Below are positions 31,792-32,000 of a stretch of 32,000 bases of DNA, piece by piece. The stretch is from Acaryochloris thomasi RCC1774. GTDB lineage: Bacteria > Cyanobacteriota > Cyanobacteriia > Thermosynechococcales > Thermosynechococcaceae. Each line of letters opens with the position of its first letter. Position 1 is the stretch's first letter. The notes beneath the pieces were generated by a model. It saw nothing but the letters and a program-made list of their open reading frames with translations, ran no database searches and was not told where the DNA came from. The stretch is taken from NCBI RefSeq assembly GCF_003231495.1, contig NZ_PQWO01000016.1:70219-102218 (forward strand). The letters are read 5' to 3'. A program made the position numbers and the translations under genes.

Positions 31792-32000
31792 TTAGAAGGA
31801 GAACGTCGTGCGTAGAACCCCTTGAATCAGTGCATTCTGGTCAATGTTGTTGGGGTCAGTAATCACCATGACGGCAGGCGTAATCGTGATGTTGTCATTG
31901 ACCGGAATACGATAGAACCCCTCAAAGTTAGTCTGATCCGGCTGACCTGGAGCAATGAACGGTTGCCCAGCCGCAAAGGAAAGCATTGAGCCAGGGATCA
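31792..32000 (-). CDS. OprB-family (cyanobacterial SomA/SomB-type) outer-membrane porin, C-terminal part only
   Basis: The C-terminal sequence ...FEGFYRIPVNDNITITPAVMVITDPNN...ALIQGVLRTTFSF ends in an aromatic residue, as is typical of these beta-barrel porins. The ORF continues past the right edge. Confidence 0.55.
   Translation of the reverse strand, partial: IPGSMLSFAAGQPFIAPGQPDQTNFEGFYRIPVNDNITITPAVMVITDPNNIDQNALIQGVLRTTFSF

Overview
The window looks like cyanobacterial chromosome. The HIP1 octamer GCGATCGC recurs throughout (e.g. 2204, 3323, 18063, 20190, 22871, 27476, 28720, 29868), and the gene content fits: dnaK, class II RNR, a pentapeptide-repeat protein, a Uma2 endonuclease and an OprB-type porin.

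**1 to 18 kb** is mostly conserved genes on the + strand:
- dnaK.
- An adenosylcobalamin-type ribonucleotide reductase (nrdJ). It carries a 374-aa LAGLIDADG intein inserted exactly at the catalytic TNP|CGEI cysteine.
- A separate ORF downstream of nrdJ that carries what looks like the missing NrdJ C-terminal module (TSCPD-like segment plus Cys4 zinc ribbon).
- rlpA, an amino-acid-type binding protein, a TPR protein, an S9 peptidase, and several small conserved hypotheticals.

**18 to 30 kb** is a metal-homeostasis neighbourhood:
- Two almost identical Zur-type palindromes with the core AATGATAATCGTTATCATT. One sits between a divergent alpha/beta-fold gene and a flavoprotein gene. The other sits in front of a COG0523 GTPase and WD40 operon, next to a Fur-family (Zur-like) regulator.
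- A bufferin-type RiPP operon (DUF2282 precursor, DUF692/MNIO enzyme, DUF2063 partner).

Two visibly AT-rich cassettes, in which I found no HIP1, interrupt this neighbourhood:
- Cassette 1 is an orphan 295-aa plus 71-aa gene pair followed by a MITE-like element.
- Cassette 2 is an ABC/OLD-like ATPase-TOPRIM gene broken by one in-frame TAA, followed by a HigB/HigA module.

Each cassette lies just downstream of one copy of a diverged ~350-bp direct repeat. The repeat consists of the 3' end of the flavoprotein gene plus a leader containing a family of GATAAT...GTTATC hairpins. This repeat-plus-variable-cargo arrangement is the most unusual structure I can see, and the cassette genes are the best candidates for an undescribed (defence-like) system.

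I saw no rRNA, tRNA or CRISPR array. All family assignments come from motif recognition by eye; no searches were run.
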